Origin: Thraustochytrium aureum | Lineage: Eukaryota | Assembly (NCBI GenBank): GCA_012862495.1 | Contig: BLSG01000299.1 | Span: 87,772 to 144,656, forward strand | Direction: 5' to 3' | Length of the DNA stretch: 56,885 nt | Shown: positions 1-12,953 of the stretch, piece after piece | Position numbering within the stretch: the first letter of the stretch is position 1 | Layout: each line of letters starts with the position of its first letter | Program-made: the position numbers and the translations under genes | The notes under the pieces: model-generated | Seen by the model: the letters and a program-made list of their open reading frames with translations, nothing else | The model's database searches: none | What the model was told of the DNA's origin: nothing

Positions 1-41
1 ATCAACAGGGCCTTCTCGGCGCCACGGCGGCGGCTCGCAGG

Positions 42-3000
42 ATGGACTCTACGTAGAGTAGTACTCTACTCCAGTGCGCAGCCCCGCAAACAGAACAGAT
101 TGGAACAGAAAAGGTTTCATTTCATGTTCAGCTGTGCTGCGGCCGCCGTTGTGGCAGCAGAACCCGAACGGGTCGCTGCGCGCGGCGCCGCGGCAGAGTG
201 GCCGCGTGCCGCCGGCGCCGGGAGTGCGTGTTACTGGCCGGCGTTGCGCGGGATGGAACGCGGCAGGGCGCCCGGGGTGGCGGTGGAGGTCGCGACAGAA
301 CGGCTTCGAAATCCGCGGCGGTCCAGCTCGCCGGACCCGAGGTCCAGGCGCGATGGCGGCGGGCTGGAGGCGTCGACGGTGCCGATGAGCGCGCCGGCGG
401 CGGTTCAGATCAGGATGGTGCAGGAGAGACAGGATATCGCGATTCGGGAGCACTTGATGCGGGCGAGGGCGAGGTCGCCGCGAAGCGCGGGGCGCCGGCT
501 GGACTTTTACGGGTTTGAACGGGAGGACCAGTGGAACACCAAAGCGGAGGCGGTAGATTTGAGCGGGGCGGCGCCGAGGCGCGCCCGACGGCGGCGGTCC
601 GTGCCGCTGTCGACGCTTCGCGTCAAGTACAACAGCATGACGCCTGCAACGCGCCAGTACATGTTTAATGCCCTCGCGCGCGCCGACCGCATCCTGCAAA
701 TGCTGGTTGTGAAGCGCAAAGCGAGCTGCTTTACGTTTTGGCGCTGCCGGGCCCTCTTCGAGCGGGGCCTGCCGCAACGAGGCGTGCCTGCGCCCCGCGC
801 GGTACCCGCTGAGCAACAAGCCCGGGAGCGCCAGTTGCAAGCTGAGCGGACCGAAATCCTTCGCGAGCTCGAGATAGCGCGAGCCGATGCCGATGCCGCG
901 GCTGCCGCCGCGGCTGCCGCAGCAGATAAATCGCACGTGGGCAACGGGCAGCCGCACGGGCTGGCCGAGGCTCTGCGCCGCAGGCTTGTGGCGCGAACGC
1001 TCGTCCGCATCGCCCGCCGCGACCTTGCCAGCGCATTTCGCAAGTGGCAGCAAGCTAGCAAGCGCGACGCCGTCGGCGCCGCGCTCCTGCACCGGTCGAT
1101 CGGGCGTTTAAGGAATCGCCTCGTGTACGGCGCCTTCCACACGTGGAAGTCGGCAGGGTTTCGCGCCGAGGCAGCCACCCTCGCTCGCGAGCAGCGCGAG
1201 TGGAAGGTGCGGCAGTGCCGCAGAGCACTGGCGCGCGCCATGCACAGATCGCTTTCGCAAGCCTGGACCCCAATGGCGCGCCGTCACCAAGTCGGAGGTT
1301 CGTGTCGAGGCTGAGCGGTCGATGCACCTGCGCGTGGTGCGTCAAGTCCTCGCACGGATGAGCCATCTTCACCTACTGGCGGGATTCCGCAAGTGGAGGG
1401 ATGCCCACCAGCTGGCGGTGCTTGGCACAGCGCGGACCGGGCACCAACGCTCACTTTGTCGCCGCGCCCTCCTCCGGCTCCGCAACCGCCTTCTGGCGCA
1501 AGCCTTCTGCACGTGGCAAGAAGAAGCGCGCCGAGGCTCCGGAATCGAGGTCGCCTTGGGCCGCGCAGCGAGGCGCCTCGCGCACCGACACGTGGCGGCC
1601 GCATTCTTCACTTGGCGCGGGCGCACGCAACAGAGTGCAGACCAGCGAGTTATTATTTGCCGAGCGGCGCGCCGTCTCGTGCTCCGCAACCTGGCAGCGG
1701 CTTTTCGCACCTGGGAGTACGAGACGCGGAGGCGAGCCGCAGCCGCGCGAGTCGGAAAGCGCGTCGCATCCCGCTTGCAAAACAGGCTCTTGCTGAGGGC
1801 TCTCAACAAGTGGCGCGACATCATGCTCGGAGAGCGCAAGCGCGTCGCCAGCGTTCAAAGCCTCGCCAGAGCGCTCCCGCGCGCCTCAATACGACAAGCC
1901 TGGTCCAAGTGGCGCTCCGAGATGATCGCCGCCCGCCAACTCGAGCGCACGATCAGAATCAAGTCAATGTGCAAGTCGTGGTTTGCTTGGCGCCAGTACA
2001 TGCAGCACTGCGAGCACGAACGGGTGGTGGTGAACCTTGAGAACGACGCTGCCCGGGCCGCGGGGCGCAGGCTCTTGGGCATGTGGACAAGGCTGGCTGT
2101 CGCGCAGGCCTTCCTGCGCTGGAAGGCCCAGTTCGCCTCAAGGTCGATCATGATGCGCGTTGTCCGGCGTCTCGCGCTGGTTAAGAGCGCTTGTGCTTTC
2201 CGGCAGTGGGCAGACTTTGCAAGGTGGCGCGCCTCGGTAGAATACCGGGAGCGCCTCGTGCTGCACGCCGTCCTGCGCATGCATCGCTCTGTAATGGAGC
2301 GCTGCTTCATGTCATGGAAAGCATGGCGAGTCGAGAGCCGGCACGCACGGCTGCTTGAGACGCAACAGCTCGCCGTCTCGCGGCTCATGTCTGCCAAGTC
2401 GCACTCGCGCCTCGTGCAGCACTATTGGGGCCGTTGGCGCGGCGCGACGGGGCTGGGCAAGCGTCGCGCCGGCATCGTCCGGCGCTGGATCCAAAACACG
2501 TTGACTTGCTACCTCTCTTGGGGGTGGCGGCGGTGGCGGCTCAACGTCGCTCTGGGCGAGCAGGCTCTCGTGCACGCCAAGCTCCTCGGGGACCGGCTTG
2601 AAGAAATCCGCGACTTGCAGTTCAAGGTTCAAGCCGCGCAAGAGCGACGCGCAACGCAAGTTCTGTTCCGCATGCGCAACCGCACCGCCTCGATGGCCTT
2701 CGAAAGGTGGTGCTACGTCGTGCGCATCCAGCGCTTGTTGAAGCGGACCTCGCAGCGGATCAGGGGCAACCTCGCACGCCGCGTTTTTGACGCCTGGGCT
2801 GGGTTCGCGCACGGAGTTGTCTCGCGCCGCCTGCGACGCATCCTCGTCAAGTGGGCGCAGTTTGCCCGGTCGCAGCGTAGTGTGGTTCGCTTTCGCGACC
2901 AAGCTGCGCGCTTCCGCCGCAAATCACGTGCCTTTTCGGCTTGGAGGGATTCTCTTCTGTATGACCGCAAGTCGATCGAGCGGATCATGCGCGCATGGCG

Positions 3001-4495
3001 CGGGGCTCGACTCCGCGTTGCGTTCAACCACCTGCAGCGTGCTTACTTTCGGGCCAAAGTTCACGTTCTTTGCGCGCAAGTCCAAGTCCTTAGCAGGCAG
3101 CAGGCCAAGTGGCAAGGCGCCGAGCGCTTGCGACGCGCTCTCGGGTCGTGGGCCTCCGTTCTCGAGCCTAGGCGAAAGAGGCGCCGCATCGAGCTATTGC
3201 GCATGCGGATCTCACTTCGCCGCCTCAAGCAGAGGGCGCTTCTTCGTCGTCGCTTGGGGGAACTCAACTTGCGCAGCTTGGCGTTTGCTCAACGTCGCGG
3301 GTTTGCAGCTTGGCGCCAGTATCATACCGCACTGCAGCTCGCAAGGGTTTGCCGGCGGCGCCAAGAGCGCGACTTGCTGACGCGCAGTGTACGGGAGTGG
3401 TCCAAATTCGCTTCCCTCAGCCGGCGTTTCCGAACAGCAACAAGAATAGCCCTCACGGTGGCGCGGCGATCAAGCGCCCAAGCCAAGCTTGCCGACATGC
3501 GGGCAGCATTCTGCGCACTGTCGCGGGGACCTCGGATTCTTGCGAGTCTCCTTCGGATCGCAGAGCGCAGGTCCTCTGCAGTATTGCACGCTTTGCGACG
3601 CGGCATGCTTGCCCTTGAGCAATTTGCCCTTCGCTCGCAGGTTGTTGTGCTTCAGTCTCGACTTCGCGTGGCAAGCAAGGCGCACATGCGCTCGTCCAAG
3701 GAGATTCGCAAGCTCCGTCACGCTCTTTCGGCCAGGGAGCAGCAAATCCAGGCGCTCGAAGAGCGGATCGACCGCTTGCAAGGGCGTGCAAGGCCAAAGT
3801 CTTATCGCGAGCAGGCTGCAGAGGACAAGTTCTACTCGCGGCTTCACGGTGAGACGGCGGCGGACACGCCGCCTCCCCAGCCCGCCAAGGCCGCAAGGCT
3901 GCGCTCTCGCCCGCCACTTCGAAGTGGGCTCCGTGGCACCACCCCTTCCGTGAGCATGCCCTGGACTGTGGGCCCAGGCGCACAGGGCACTCAAGCTGCT
4001 TTTTCCGAGAGCAGGCGACCGGTTAGTCCTGTTCGCTCCGCTTCAGAGCGCCGACGATGGAGCACCGAAACCGCGGTGAGGCATCCCACGCGTCGACCGA
4101 TCAGCCCTGTCCCGCGGCCCTTCCCGCACGTCAACTTTGACGCCCAAGCCGAGCTTGCTCTCCTCGAGGAGAGCATGTGCATGCATGACGATGGCGAGCT
4201 CAATATGTCGCGACGGTCCATCGAGGTGCTCGAGGAGGGCGAGCGCCGGCTCGACAACCTTGAAGATAGTTTGGTCTCCGAGGTGCTGGACTTGAGCAAC
4301 AGCTTTCACTACGTTTCGCATGCGGCTGGCGCGAGCAAGCTAGCTCGCGGCCACGTCGGGGCAAAGCCGTTCGAGCCCGCGCTTGAAGGGCTTGCTACGA
4401 GACTGTTTTCCAAGGAGCAGCAGCTCGACCTCGTCGGCAAGACCAAGTCAACGCTTCGCGACCTCAAGGAGGAAGTGGGGCGCGGGGACGAGTAG
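42..4495 (+). CDS. Sfi1-like (centrin-binding) repeat protein, coiled-coil, Arg/Trp-rich; one apparent frameshift near 1268
   Basis: ORFs 100-1314 and 1322-4495 carry many AFxxW/FxxWR repeats (LASAFRKW, YGAFHTW, LAQAFCTW, AAAFFTW, SMAFERW) typical of Sfi1 repeats. Removing one C at acc-cca-atg (~1268) joins them (QAWTQWRAV...). A possible 46-nt GT-AG intron at 53-98 links ATG 42 in frame (MDSTLEQKR). That frame is also open to the window edge, so the true start may lie upstream. Confidence 0.7.
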
Positions 4496-4527
4496 GGGGT
4501 GCTGCGCCAGCGTGTAGGAAGTCGCAA

Positions 4528-4574
4528 CTGGCGTCGTGGCAAGATGGTTTCTGGCGTCGTGGCAAGATGGTTTC
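4528..4574. repeat. 23-bp tandem duplication just downstream of the Sfi1-like stop codon
   Basis: ctggcgtcgtggcaagatggttt occurs at 4528 and again at 4551. Confidence 0.85.
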
Positions 4575-5084
4575 GACTCTCGCAGCTAGCGAGCGAGAGC
4601 TTGATCCGCGAGAACGACAACGACACAGCGGTGCGTTCAGCGTCCGACGGATTCTCTCGAGCAGAACCAGAGAGCCGACTGCGAAGCATCCAAAGGAGGC
4701 GGGAGGCGCGGTTGATCTGCGCTTAGCGGTTGGAGGGCCACTTCGCCACGCGAAACGCGACGGAAGGAGCGACATACAAAGTTGCGCGATGATGCGCTGC
4801 CGGGTATGTGAGAGCACATCGCGGGGCGTCTCGCAGCGCCACTGAGGCTGCACACTGACAGCTATATACCCAGGTGACGCAAATTTTGACGAATGGCAGC
4901 CTTGCGATGCCGACGCGCGACGTCCGCATCAATCCCGTTCGTTTATGATCACTTGCGGCCCACCGGTAGCGAGTGCGCAGAGACTCGAAAAGGACCAAGT
5001 TGAGTTTTTTCTTTTCGAGATGAAACACAATTGGAGAACAATACCACACTCGCATACTCTACTGAGAACCACAGAGCGACCGCT

Positions 5085-8000
5085 TCATGCTGCAGCTGGC
5101 CCCGCGTTGGTTCGGAGGTACTCGTCAACAGCCTTTGTCAACACGCCAAGGTAGGTCTCCTTCTGCTTCGGCGAGAGTGCTTTGAAGGCCTCCTCAGCGC
5201 GCCCCTCCGAGCCCGCAGGCTGCTGCTCTGCCTCGTCGTCCAGCCCGCTGCGGTCTACGTTGTTGGCGTTCCGCTGAGCAAGGAGGCGCACGCACCCCTG
5301 CGACAGGAAGGACTTGCTCCGAAGTAGCTTTTCCGGAGGTGGTACGGTCGCGCGNNNNNNNNNNNNNNNNNNNNNNNNNNNNNNNNNNNNNNNNNNNNNN
5401 NNNNNNNNNNNNNNNNNNNNNNNNNNNNNNNNNNNNNNNNNNNNNNNNNNNNNNNNAGGAAGGACTTGCTCCGAAGTAGCTTTTCCAGGTGAGGGTCGCG
5501 CGCAGACTCAAAGGTGGAGGCCGCCTCCCGAATAATCTCACAGGCGTGGTGCGCCGCCAGGAGGAGGTTTTTCTTCATTTCGGGCGGTAGCTTGGCAAAC
5601 GCCTCCGCGGCGTCCGAGCTGCGCGAGATGCGCTGCGACTTGGCCACCAGTTGCTGCGCCACCGAGACGTCCAGCGTGAGTCGGCGTTCCAACGCGCGCG
5701 GCTTGGCTTGGCACGACACGGCGTTTCGCTTTGCCTTGAACGACTCCGAGAGGCCCGAGCCGGCTTCCGCGCGTTGAGGCTGCGCGCCTCCCGTGGCCAG
5801 CGGGCTCGCCTTGAACGAGGACTCGATGTCCGAAAGCTCGAGGGCGCGCTTGAAGACGCTCATTTCGCTGACATCAGCAGCCTTGACCCAGTTTTTCACC
5901 GCAGCCAGTTGCTGCGTCTTGCGTGAGCTGCGCAGCTCTGCGTACAAGATGAGCTTGAGCAACTGGCTGAACTTGAAGTCGAGCGCTCGGGAGTCGTAGA
6001 ACGAGTCGGCGCTTTGGGCAGCATTCTCCTCGAGCGACGGGGCCGAGTATTGAGCCGAGCCCCAAATTGCAAGGTGGGTGGCATTCCTGTTGTACGCGGG
6101 CCGTTGCAGCGTGTTCCAGAGCGTGGTCTGCTCCATGAGGTGGTAAAACCCCACTATTCCTGTCGTAGTTCCTCCGTCGCCCTCGACAAAGCCGAACGAG
6201 CCAGAGTCGCTCTTGACCCCGACGGCCTTGAGCTCGTCCTTGCTTGGCATAAAGATCATGTCGGCGAGGCGCAAAAGCGCTTCGAGGAACTGCGCAAAGT
6301 CGAGCGAGACGACATCGCGCCACTGGCGGAACGGATCCACCGTCGCAATGGTGCTCGCGCAAAACGCCCACGCCGCGTCGCGCTTGTTGAAGTGTGGGTT
6401 GTACAGGCCGATCTCGCCAACGAAAACGATCCAGTCTGGTAACGACATTAGATCCCCTGAAACGGCGCCGCTGCTGCGAGAAACCTGCTCAATTACGTCC
6501 GTGTACTTGTTGAATAGCCCGCGAAGCATGTCCAAGTTGTCGGAGAGCAGCGCGTTGACGGCCCAGTTGTACATGCGGTCGGTGCGGAACGCCGCTGTGT
6601 CAAGAATCCGCTCCTTGCCGAAGAGGTCCTTGATGTGGTCTAGCAGGGCCTCGAGCGAATCTGCGATCGAGGGGACGACGGCTTGCTTGGTGCGTTTCGC
6701 CGCCTGATAGCCCGCGGCGTCTGCCACTCTGACAAGGCAGTCGCAAAACTCGAAGAGCTGCAGCGACTCGTCAAACTTGAGGTTGAAGATCTTCGAGTTC
6801 GCCAGGTGCTGCTTGGCCCGCTCGAGGAGCGTGTCTGGCAGCGTCTTGTTCACCACGATAAAGATGGTGTCTGTTGTCGCCGTGTCAAGCTGGTGCAGTG
6901 CCACAACCCGGCCGTCCGGCCCACGGAGCGTTTGGCGGATGACCCCGTTCTCTGCTCGTTTGCTCTTCGGCGAGGTCGTGGAAGAGCGGGTCTTGAGGAT
7001 GCCCGCGTCCTTGAGAAACGCACTGAATTCGTTCAGCTGCATCGTGAAGGACGCCGTCGCGTTGGCCATCGACAGCGCGTAAAAGTGGAAAATGGAAAGC
7101 AAGAGCGCGTAGTTCTCCTCGAAGCAGCACCTGATCCGAGCCCCCCTCGTCGTCGCGATCAATGATGCGCCGCACTTGGGTCTTGTCACAGAGCATCGTC
7201 CAGTTTGCGTCAAAGTGTACGAAGTGCTCCGGCTTGCCACGGTAGAGGTCCGCGCGGCTCTGCTTGCTGGCGTTTCCCACCTGGCGCAGGTTTGGCTTCC
7301 ACGTCGTGTTGAATGCGGTCGGCCTCTTGGGCTTGGTATTGCGGCTAAAAACAGACGAGGCGAGGTCAAACTGGCTCGCCAGTGGCGTCTGCCATCCGGT
7401 CTGCATCAGCGACAAGTCGGAAAGCGAGCCCAGCGAAAAGGTGCTCTTCTGCCACGTTCGGCTGCCAAAGTGGACGACTTGCGATGCAACGAGCCTGCAC
7501 CCGGCGTGGGCGGTAGCGCGAGCAGCAGTGGGAGCGCATCGTCGAGCAGGACGCCGCTGTCGGACCAAACAAAGCCCTGAAGCGAGGCGTGCTTGTCGCC
7601 TTGCTCGAGGTCTGTGTCGCTCGGCCAGGCAGGGTCCGGAGCGCCTGGGAGCGGGACCAGATCCTTCCAGGGAGCGGCCGATACCGTTGCAAAACAGGCC
7701 TGAAGGTGCGCGTCCCGCAACGGCGGGACCGGGAGATCGCGAAACACGCTCGGAAGCCTCGGCTCTGGCGCTTTGGTCAGCAGCATGCAGAGTTGCGAGA
7801 GCGGCTCGTCCGGGCCGGTGTAGTAAAAATACGTCTTTGTCCCGTTGGGCAGCTCGTACGAGGGCATGCCCGCGTAAACGCGCCCCCCTTCAACGTGCTT
7901 GAACATGGCCAGCGTGGGCCGATGCGCGCTGCCCGAGCCGTCATCTTGAAGAAACTTGTGGTACTCGTCGGCAGAGGCCGGGTCTGCAGCGGCTTGATCA

Positions 8001-11000
8001 TTGTCTTTGCGAACCGCGGTGCCGCTCTGAGCAACATGGCCTTGACTGGTAGAAGAAAGAGTGCTGGGTTCGTTTGTGGGCGACGGCTTGAAGTTGTCGC
8101 GCATCCGCTCTTTGATCCTGTCGCGCAGCACCTTTCGCTTTTGACGGTCGACCCTGTCGTGCAGCGACTCGGCCTCCTCAGGCCTGCTGGCGCGCTCGTT
8201 TTGCTCGCGTTTCACTTGGGAACCGTTGTTCTCGGGCGATAGAGCTAGCGGGTCTGCGGGTTCGGCCGCCACCCCACCCCCGCCTCGGCGCGAGCGGGGA
8301 GTTGCCCGGCGCTGCTCTGGGTTCCTCCTGAAGCGGTCACCAAAATGCTTGAACGAGCTGTCTGGTTTGTTCCCGTGGCCTCCTTCTGTGCCATTGGTTT
8401 CGCTCTTGGCCGCGAAAGACGAAGGGATCGTTCTCGACCGTGACGCGGATTGCGCTTAGACTTGCCAAAGCCTCGATGCGGGGGGACCGGGGGGACCAGC
8501 GGTTCGGCGGGCCAACCTTCGCCAACTGGCCTGCAAAGGCAGTCGGCGATGTGGCTTGTTTTTCCGCCGCGTCGTCGTTGCCCTTTGGCACCTCAACCGC
8601 AGCCTCGCTTAACGTGCCGAGGGCGGCGGCGACTGGGAGGACCCCGGCAAAGGACCCTTTTCGCGCCCAAAGGTTTGCCACAGGTCGCCTAAGGCGCTGG
8701 TGCTGGGCGGCTCCAGGTGAAAGCGGCGACTTGGGCGAAGCGGGCGAGGCTGGCCCCCCCGCGGGCGCTCCAGAGTAGGCGATTGCTGCAGTGGAAGTGG
8801 AGGCAAGGGCTTCGAGCCCTTTCTTGCCGCCTTTGAAGAGGAGGTGGTGGAAGCCTTCTTGCTGCTCGATCTCGACGCGCAAGAGCCAAGCCTCGTACGT
8901 TTCCTTTACGTTGCCGCCGCGGCGCTTGTCGACACGAAGGCGTGGGAGCGATAGGGTCCGCCGCAGCGAGGCAAGCGGCCCGGACGAGGCGGATGCCTCC
9001 TCGGCCGACCCCGACGCCATGCCGTGAGGCTTGTTGCCGAGTTGGTTTCCGTATTGACGCGGCTCTGGGCGGCCCTTTTCATCGGCTGCAGTGGCGTCGG
9101 CCTCGGCCTCAGCCTCGGGGTCGGCAGCGGCGCGCAGGTAGAGCTCCATCTTGTAAATGGAGGAGCGGTTGGCCGCAAGTTTGAGCAGGTTTCGAATCAC
9201 TGCTCCGGCAAGCTGCCGCTCTTGGTCGCCAGATCGCCGCAAAATGTCTGCCAGGGTCGCGAGCGAGCGCGCTGACCCAACGCGCTTTTGGTTGACCTGG
9301 TCAAGCTCTGTGGCTTGGATGAGGCCAATAAGTCCCAGGCAGCGAGCCTGCGCGTCGACGCGTTGTCGAACGAGATACAAGAGCTGCTTGATTCCGTCCT
9401 TGCCCCGAAATCGCTTTTGCAGCTCGTTGGCCTCGATGCGCTGGCGGCTGTACAGGTACGCGCCGCACGCCTTGACCTGCACGTTGTCGTTGCTGAGGAA
9501 AGCGAGGCAAACGTCAATAAGGTCCTCGTCCGAGCCCAGCACGACGTCCGGGCAAACGACGGGCTGAAGCGCGCCCAAAACGGCCTTGTAGTCGAGCGTG
9601 CTCATTGCCAGAAGAGCTCCGGAGGCCACCTTGCAAACCCGGTCCGCCTGGTCGTCTTTGAGAGCTAGGGTGAAAACGGCGCGGATTGTGCGGCTGTCCA
9701 GGATGTCGCGCGAGTGGCACACGGCGGCTGGCTGTGAGGCCACGATCCACAGGAGCTGCAGACTCTCGACAACCGTGTCCTGGTTGGACGACGACGAGAC
9801 GAGCTGAACCGCCAGGCGGACAATCTTGTCGATGTTGTCGTGCCCCTTCGAGGCGCTTGGCTGTCGCTGGCCAGGCTCGGGTTCGCTCTCGGGGTCGCCG
9901 GAAGACTGGGAAGCCGCAGGCCTCACGAGTGTCTGCGGTTGCTCTTCGATGAATTGCTTGCTGAGGGCGGTTTGCAGCGTCCGGAGCAGAGCGAGGGTGG
10001 AGAGGCGATGATGGGCAGACCCGACGAGCATGTCGATGATCGCCGAGAGGCGGGGGTCTCCAAAGCCTCCGCGCACTAGTGGAGAGGCGGGCTGGCGGCT
10101 CAGCACCAGCCAGAGGCCGTTGAATNNNNNNNNNNNNNNNNNNNNNNNNNNNNNNNNNNNNNNNNNNNNNNNNNNNNNNNNNNNNNNNNNNNNNNNNNNN
10201 NNNNNNNNNNNNNNNNNNNNNNNNNNNNNNNNNNNNNNNNNNNNNNNNNNCCACGACCTTGTCGAGCTGGGCGGCGCCTTCTCTAGCGCGGCCTTTGAGG
10301 AGGTGGTCATGCAGGAGCGTATAGTACTCGTCGAAGGTCCCCCATTCGCGGCAAGTCACGCAGAGGGCAGCTGCCAGGTAGCGCTGCACCGTCTGAGTTG
10401 CGCCAAGCTTGCCGGTGAGCGAGTCAGCAACGAGTTTCCGCTGGCCTTGCGGTAGTGGCTCGCCGTGCAACGCGATGTAGTACATGAGTAGCGCTTGGGC
10501 TGCTTGCGAGCTTTGGGTGAGCCGGTCTGGGATGGTCGAGACTGAAAAGTGGCCGTACACGCGGTCGGCGGAGAGGCGAATCGCTTGGGTAAAGCGGCGT
10601 TGTGTGCGGCAGAGGACAACCGTGGTCGTCAAGAGGATCTCTTCAAGGGCGCGAAAGCCTCTGGTAAGCGGTGTGGTCGCATTGGCGCCGGGACCAGCAG
10701 GCGCATCGCCAAGCTCGCCCGTGGCATCGGCGTCGTTCCCGTGACGAGCAGCGCTGGAGGCAGGCGAGCCGGCCTCGGTGCGAATCACTAGCAGCACTTT
10801 CGGGAACACGGTGAGGAATTGCGAGCAAATTGGTCCGGGCACGGGCTGGCGGTTGTGCTTGCAGATGTGCTGGGTCACCGCGCAAGTCATCGCAGTCACA
10901 AAGCAGACCAAGTAGCGCAGGGGCTGGCTTGGTCCGCCGCCCGCGCTGCCCTCGGATGGCTGCCTTGCGCTTGAGGCGCGTCCCGAGTGAGCAGAGCCCG

Positions 11001-12953
11001 AGGACCGTGCTGAGCGCACAGACCGCGAGGACCTTGACGGCGCGGCTTGCCAGAGCGGCGGCGGGGATAGGGTCGTTTGCGCGAGCGGGTCGGTCGCGGC
11101 AGCGGCGCGATCGGGGCACTGACCGTTGCCAGCCGCGTGGTCCGCTATGCTGCGGTCCTGCTCGTCTTCGTCCGGCTCGTCGTCGCTCTCCGAGCCACTA
11201 CAACCTTGCCCCTCGAGCTCCTTCGAGGACGAGCCAAACTCTGGCTGCTCCAGCGCTGCGTTCGTCTCGTCGCCGTCCCTCACGCGCTCGAGCGACTGTG
11301 CAAGGAGCGCCAAGAGGCGCTTGAGCAGCGCCGGGGGGACGGCAAAGTCGTCCCCATGAGCAAGAGCCCTGGCAAAGTACCTGTACCCGTGCGCAACGAC
11401 CGCGAGCTGGGTCAGGTACAGCGTTGTGCGGCACTGCAGAGTTGAGTATTTCGAGTTTTTGGTGGGCACAAAGTGCGAGTCGCACACGACGGCCATGAGG
11501 CGGTCCCAGAGATCTGCGTGGAGGTCGAACGAGTTGGGCTCCAAAAGCGCCTGCGTGAGAATTTGCGCGCATCGAAGACGCACGAGCGCGGAGAGCGAGT
11601 CTTCAAGCATGGTGAGCAAGAGGTCGGCGTGAATCGACTTGGAGCGCAGGACAGCGCTGCGACATTCGGGCTCCTGCGCGAGGCAGGCCAGGGCACCAAG
11701 AATGAGGACGACGCCCGGAGCTGGCTTCGACTGCATGAGCACCTTCGCCGGCACCCGTTTCAGGGCGACGAAAAGCGCTTCGACGATGGGGAGCGAGGCC
11801 GCCGTCGCGGTTGCGAGCGCTGCAGAGGAGCGACCGCGCGGCTGGGGCCGCGGCGAGGGCGGCGATGGCGCCAGTCGCGAGGTAGTGAATAGAGACCATG
11901 CGTTCCTCATTGGCAAGCGCGGTGCATGGCGCGAGCGAGGAGATGGCACCGGTGACAGCGGACAGGATTGGCATGTTTGCCTCGACGAGCATTGTCGCGT
12001 GGTTGGCTTGGTGCAATGCCAGCTCCCAGAGCTGATGGAACGCTGAGGCGCCGGTCTCGGCTTGAAGCACTCGCTTCTTCGGCAGGCGCGAGGACCGACG
12101 AGAATATCTCCATCACGGAGCGGAGCTTGCGAGCGACGCGCAGCGGCCTTGTATTCATCCACTGCTCCAGCGCAATGAGCAGGTCAGACTGGCTCTGGAC
12201 GCGAGTGAGCGTGACTGATTGGGACTCGACGGGTGAGTCTGCATACCGTCCGGGGATGAAGAGCGTGAAGAGTTCGGTGTTTTCGACGAGCTCCTCGACA
12301 GAGTTGAAGCAGCCCGCTCGGGAGGGGGCTGTCTTGTGGAGCTTGGAGTCGACGAGAAGGGCGCGCTTGAGCGCCTTTGTGTCGTAAAAGTGTGGTTCGC
12401 CGGCCGCGTTTGCAAGGAACGCCCTCTCGAAGTCGTAGAAAGTGATGCGCGCGTCGGCCGTGTCCAGCACGACGAGCGCGGAAGCCTCCGCCCGACTTGC
12501 TTCCGAGTGGGAATAGTAGTTGGTTGTGGCGTCGCCGCTCTTGCTGCCGTTTGCGTCGAGGTGCAAGTCCGCCGTTCTGCAAGGGCCCTTCGCCTTTGAG
12601 CTGCGACGCCCTTGCGCTCCCGGCGGCCCCACTTCGGCCTCCGCCCCGCCTTCCTCCTCGGCTTCCTCTTCGTCGTCCTCTGCAATAGTGGGCGGGGCTT
12701 GCATGGTGTCTGCGATGCTGTCCAGGACCTGCGACTGCTCCCTCGAGACTGCGACGCGGTCTCGCACAGGCGCGAGCACAAAACGCACCAGGGCTTGATG
12801 CATGGCTTCCGTTAGCCTCTGACTCGCATCCTGGTCGCCGTCCGCCTCGGCAGCCTCGAGCGCAAACAGCTCGGCCCTGACCCCGAGGGCAGCCTCGTTG
12901 TTCCTCTGCGCCTGAAGCAAGCTCCTCCGTCCGCGGCCCCTCCCCCGCTCCAT
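5085..12953 (-). CDS. Very large (~2600 aa) protein with an alpha-solenoid/ARM-like central region and a C-terminal helical EF-hand-like region; rebuilt across several frameshifts and two gaps (could be more than one gene)
   Basis: Protein-like segments chain across overlapping ORFs 11907-12989, 11603-12070, 9514-12162, 8337-10310, 7406-8272, 6885-7568, 5255-7369 and 5085-5291. ARM-like text includes GIKQLLYLV, NQKRVG..LATLADILRRSGD.ERQLAGAVIRNL. The C-terminal part has repeated EF-like helices (MQLNEFSAFLKD, LFEFCDCLVRVA, LDFAQFLEALLRLA). Confidence 0.55.
5306..5490. repeat. Coding repeat on both sides of an N gap (EKLLRSKSF encoded twice on the minus strand)
   Basis: aggaaggacttgctccgaagtagcttttcc occurs at 5306 and at 5457, flanking the gap at 5355-5456. 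Confidence 0.7.
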
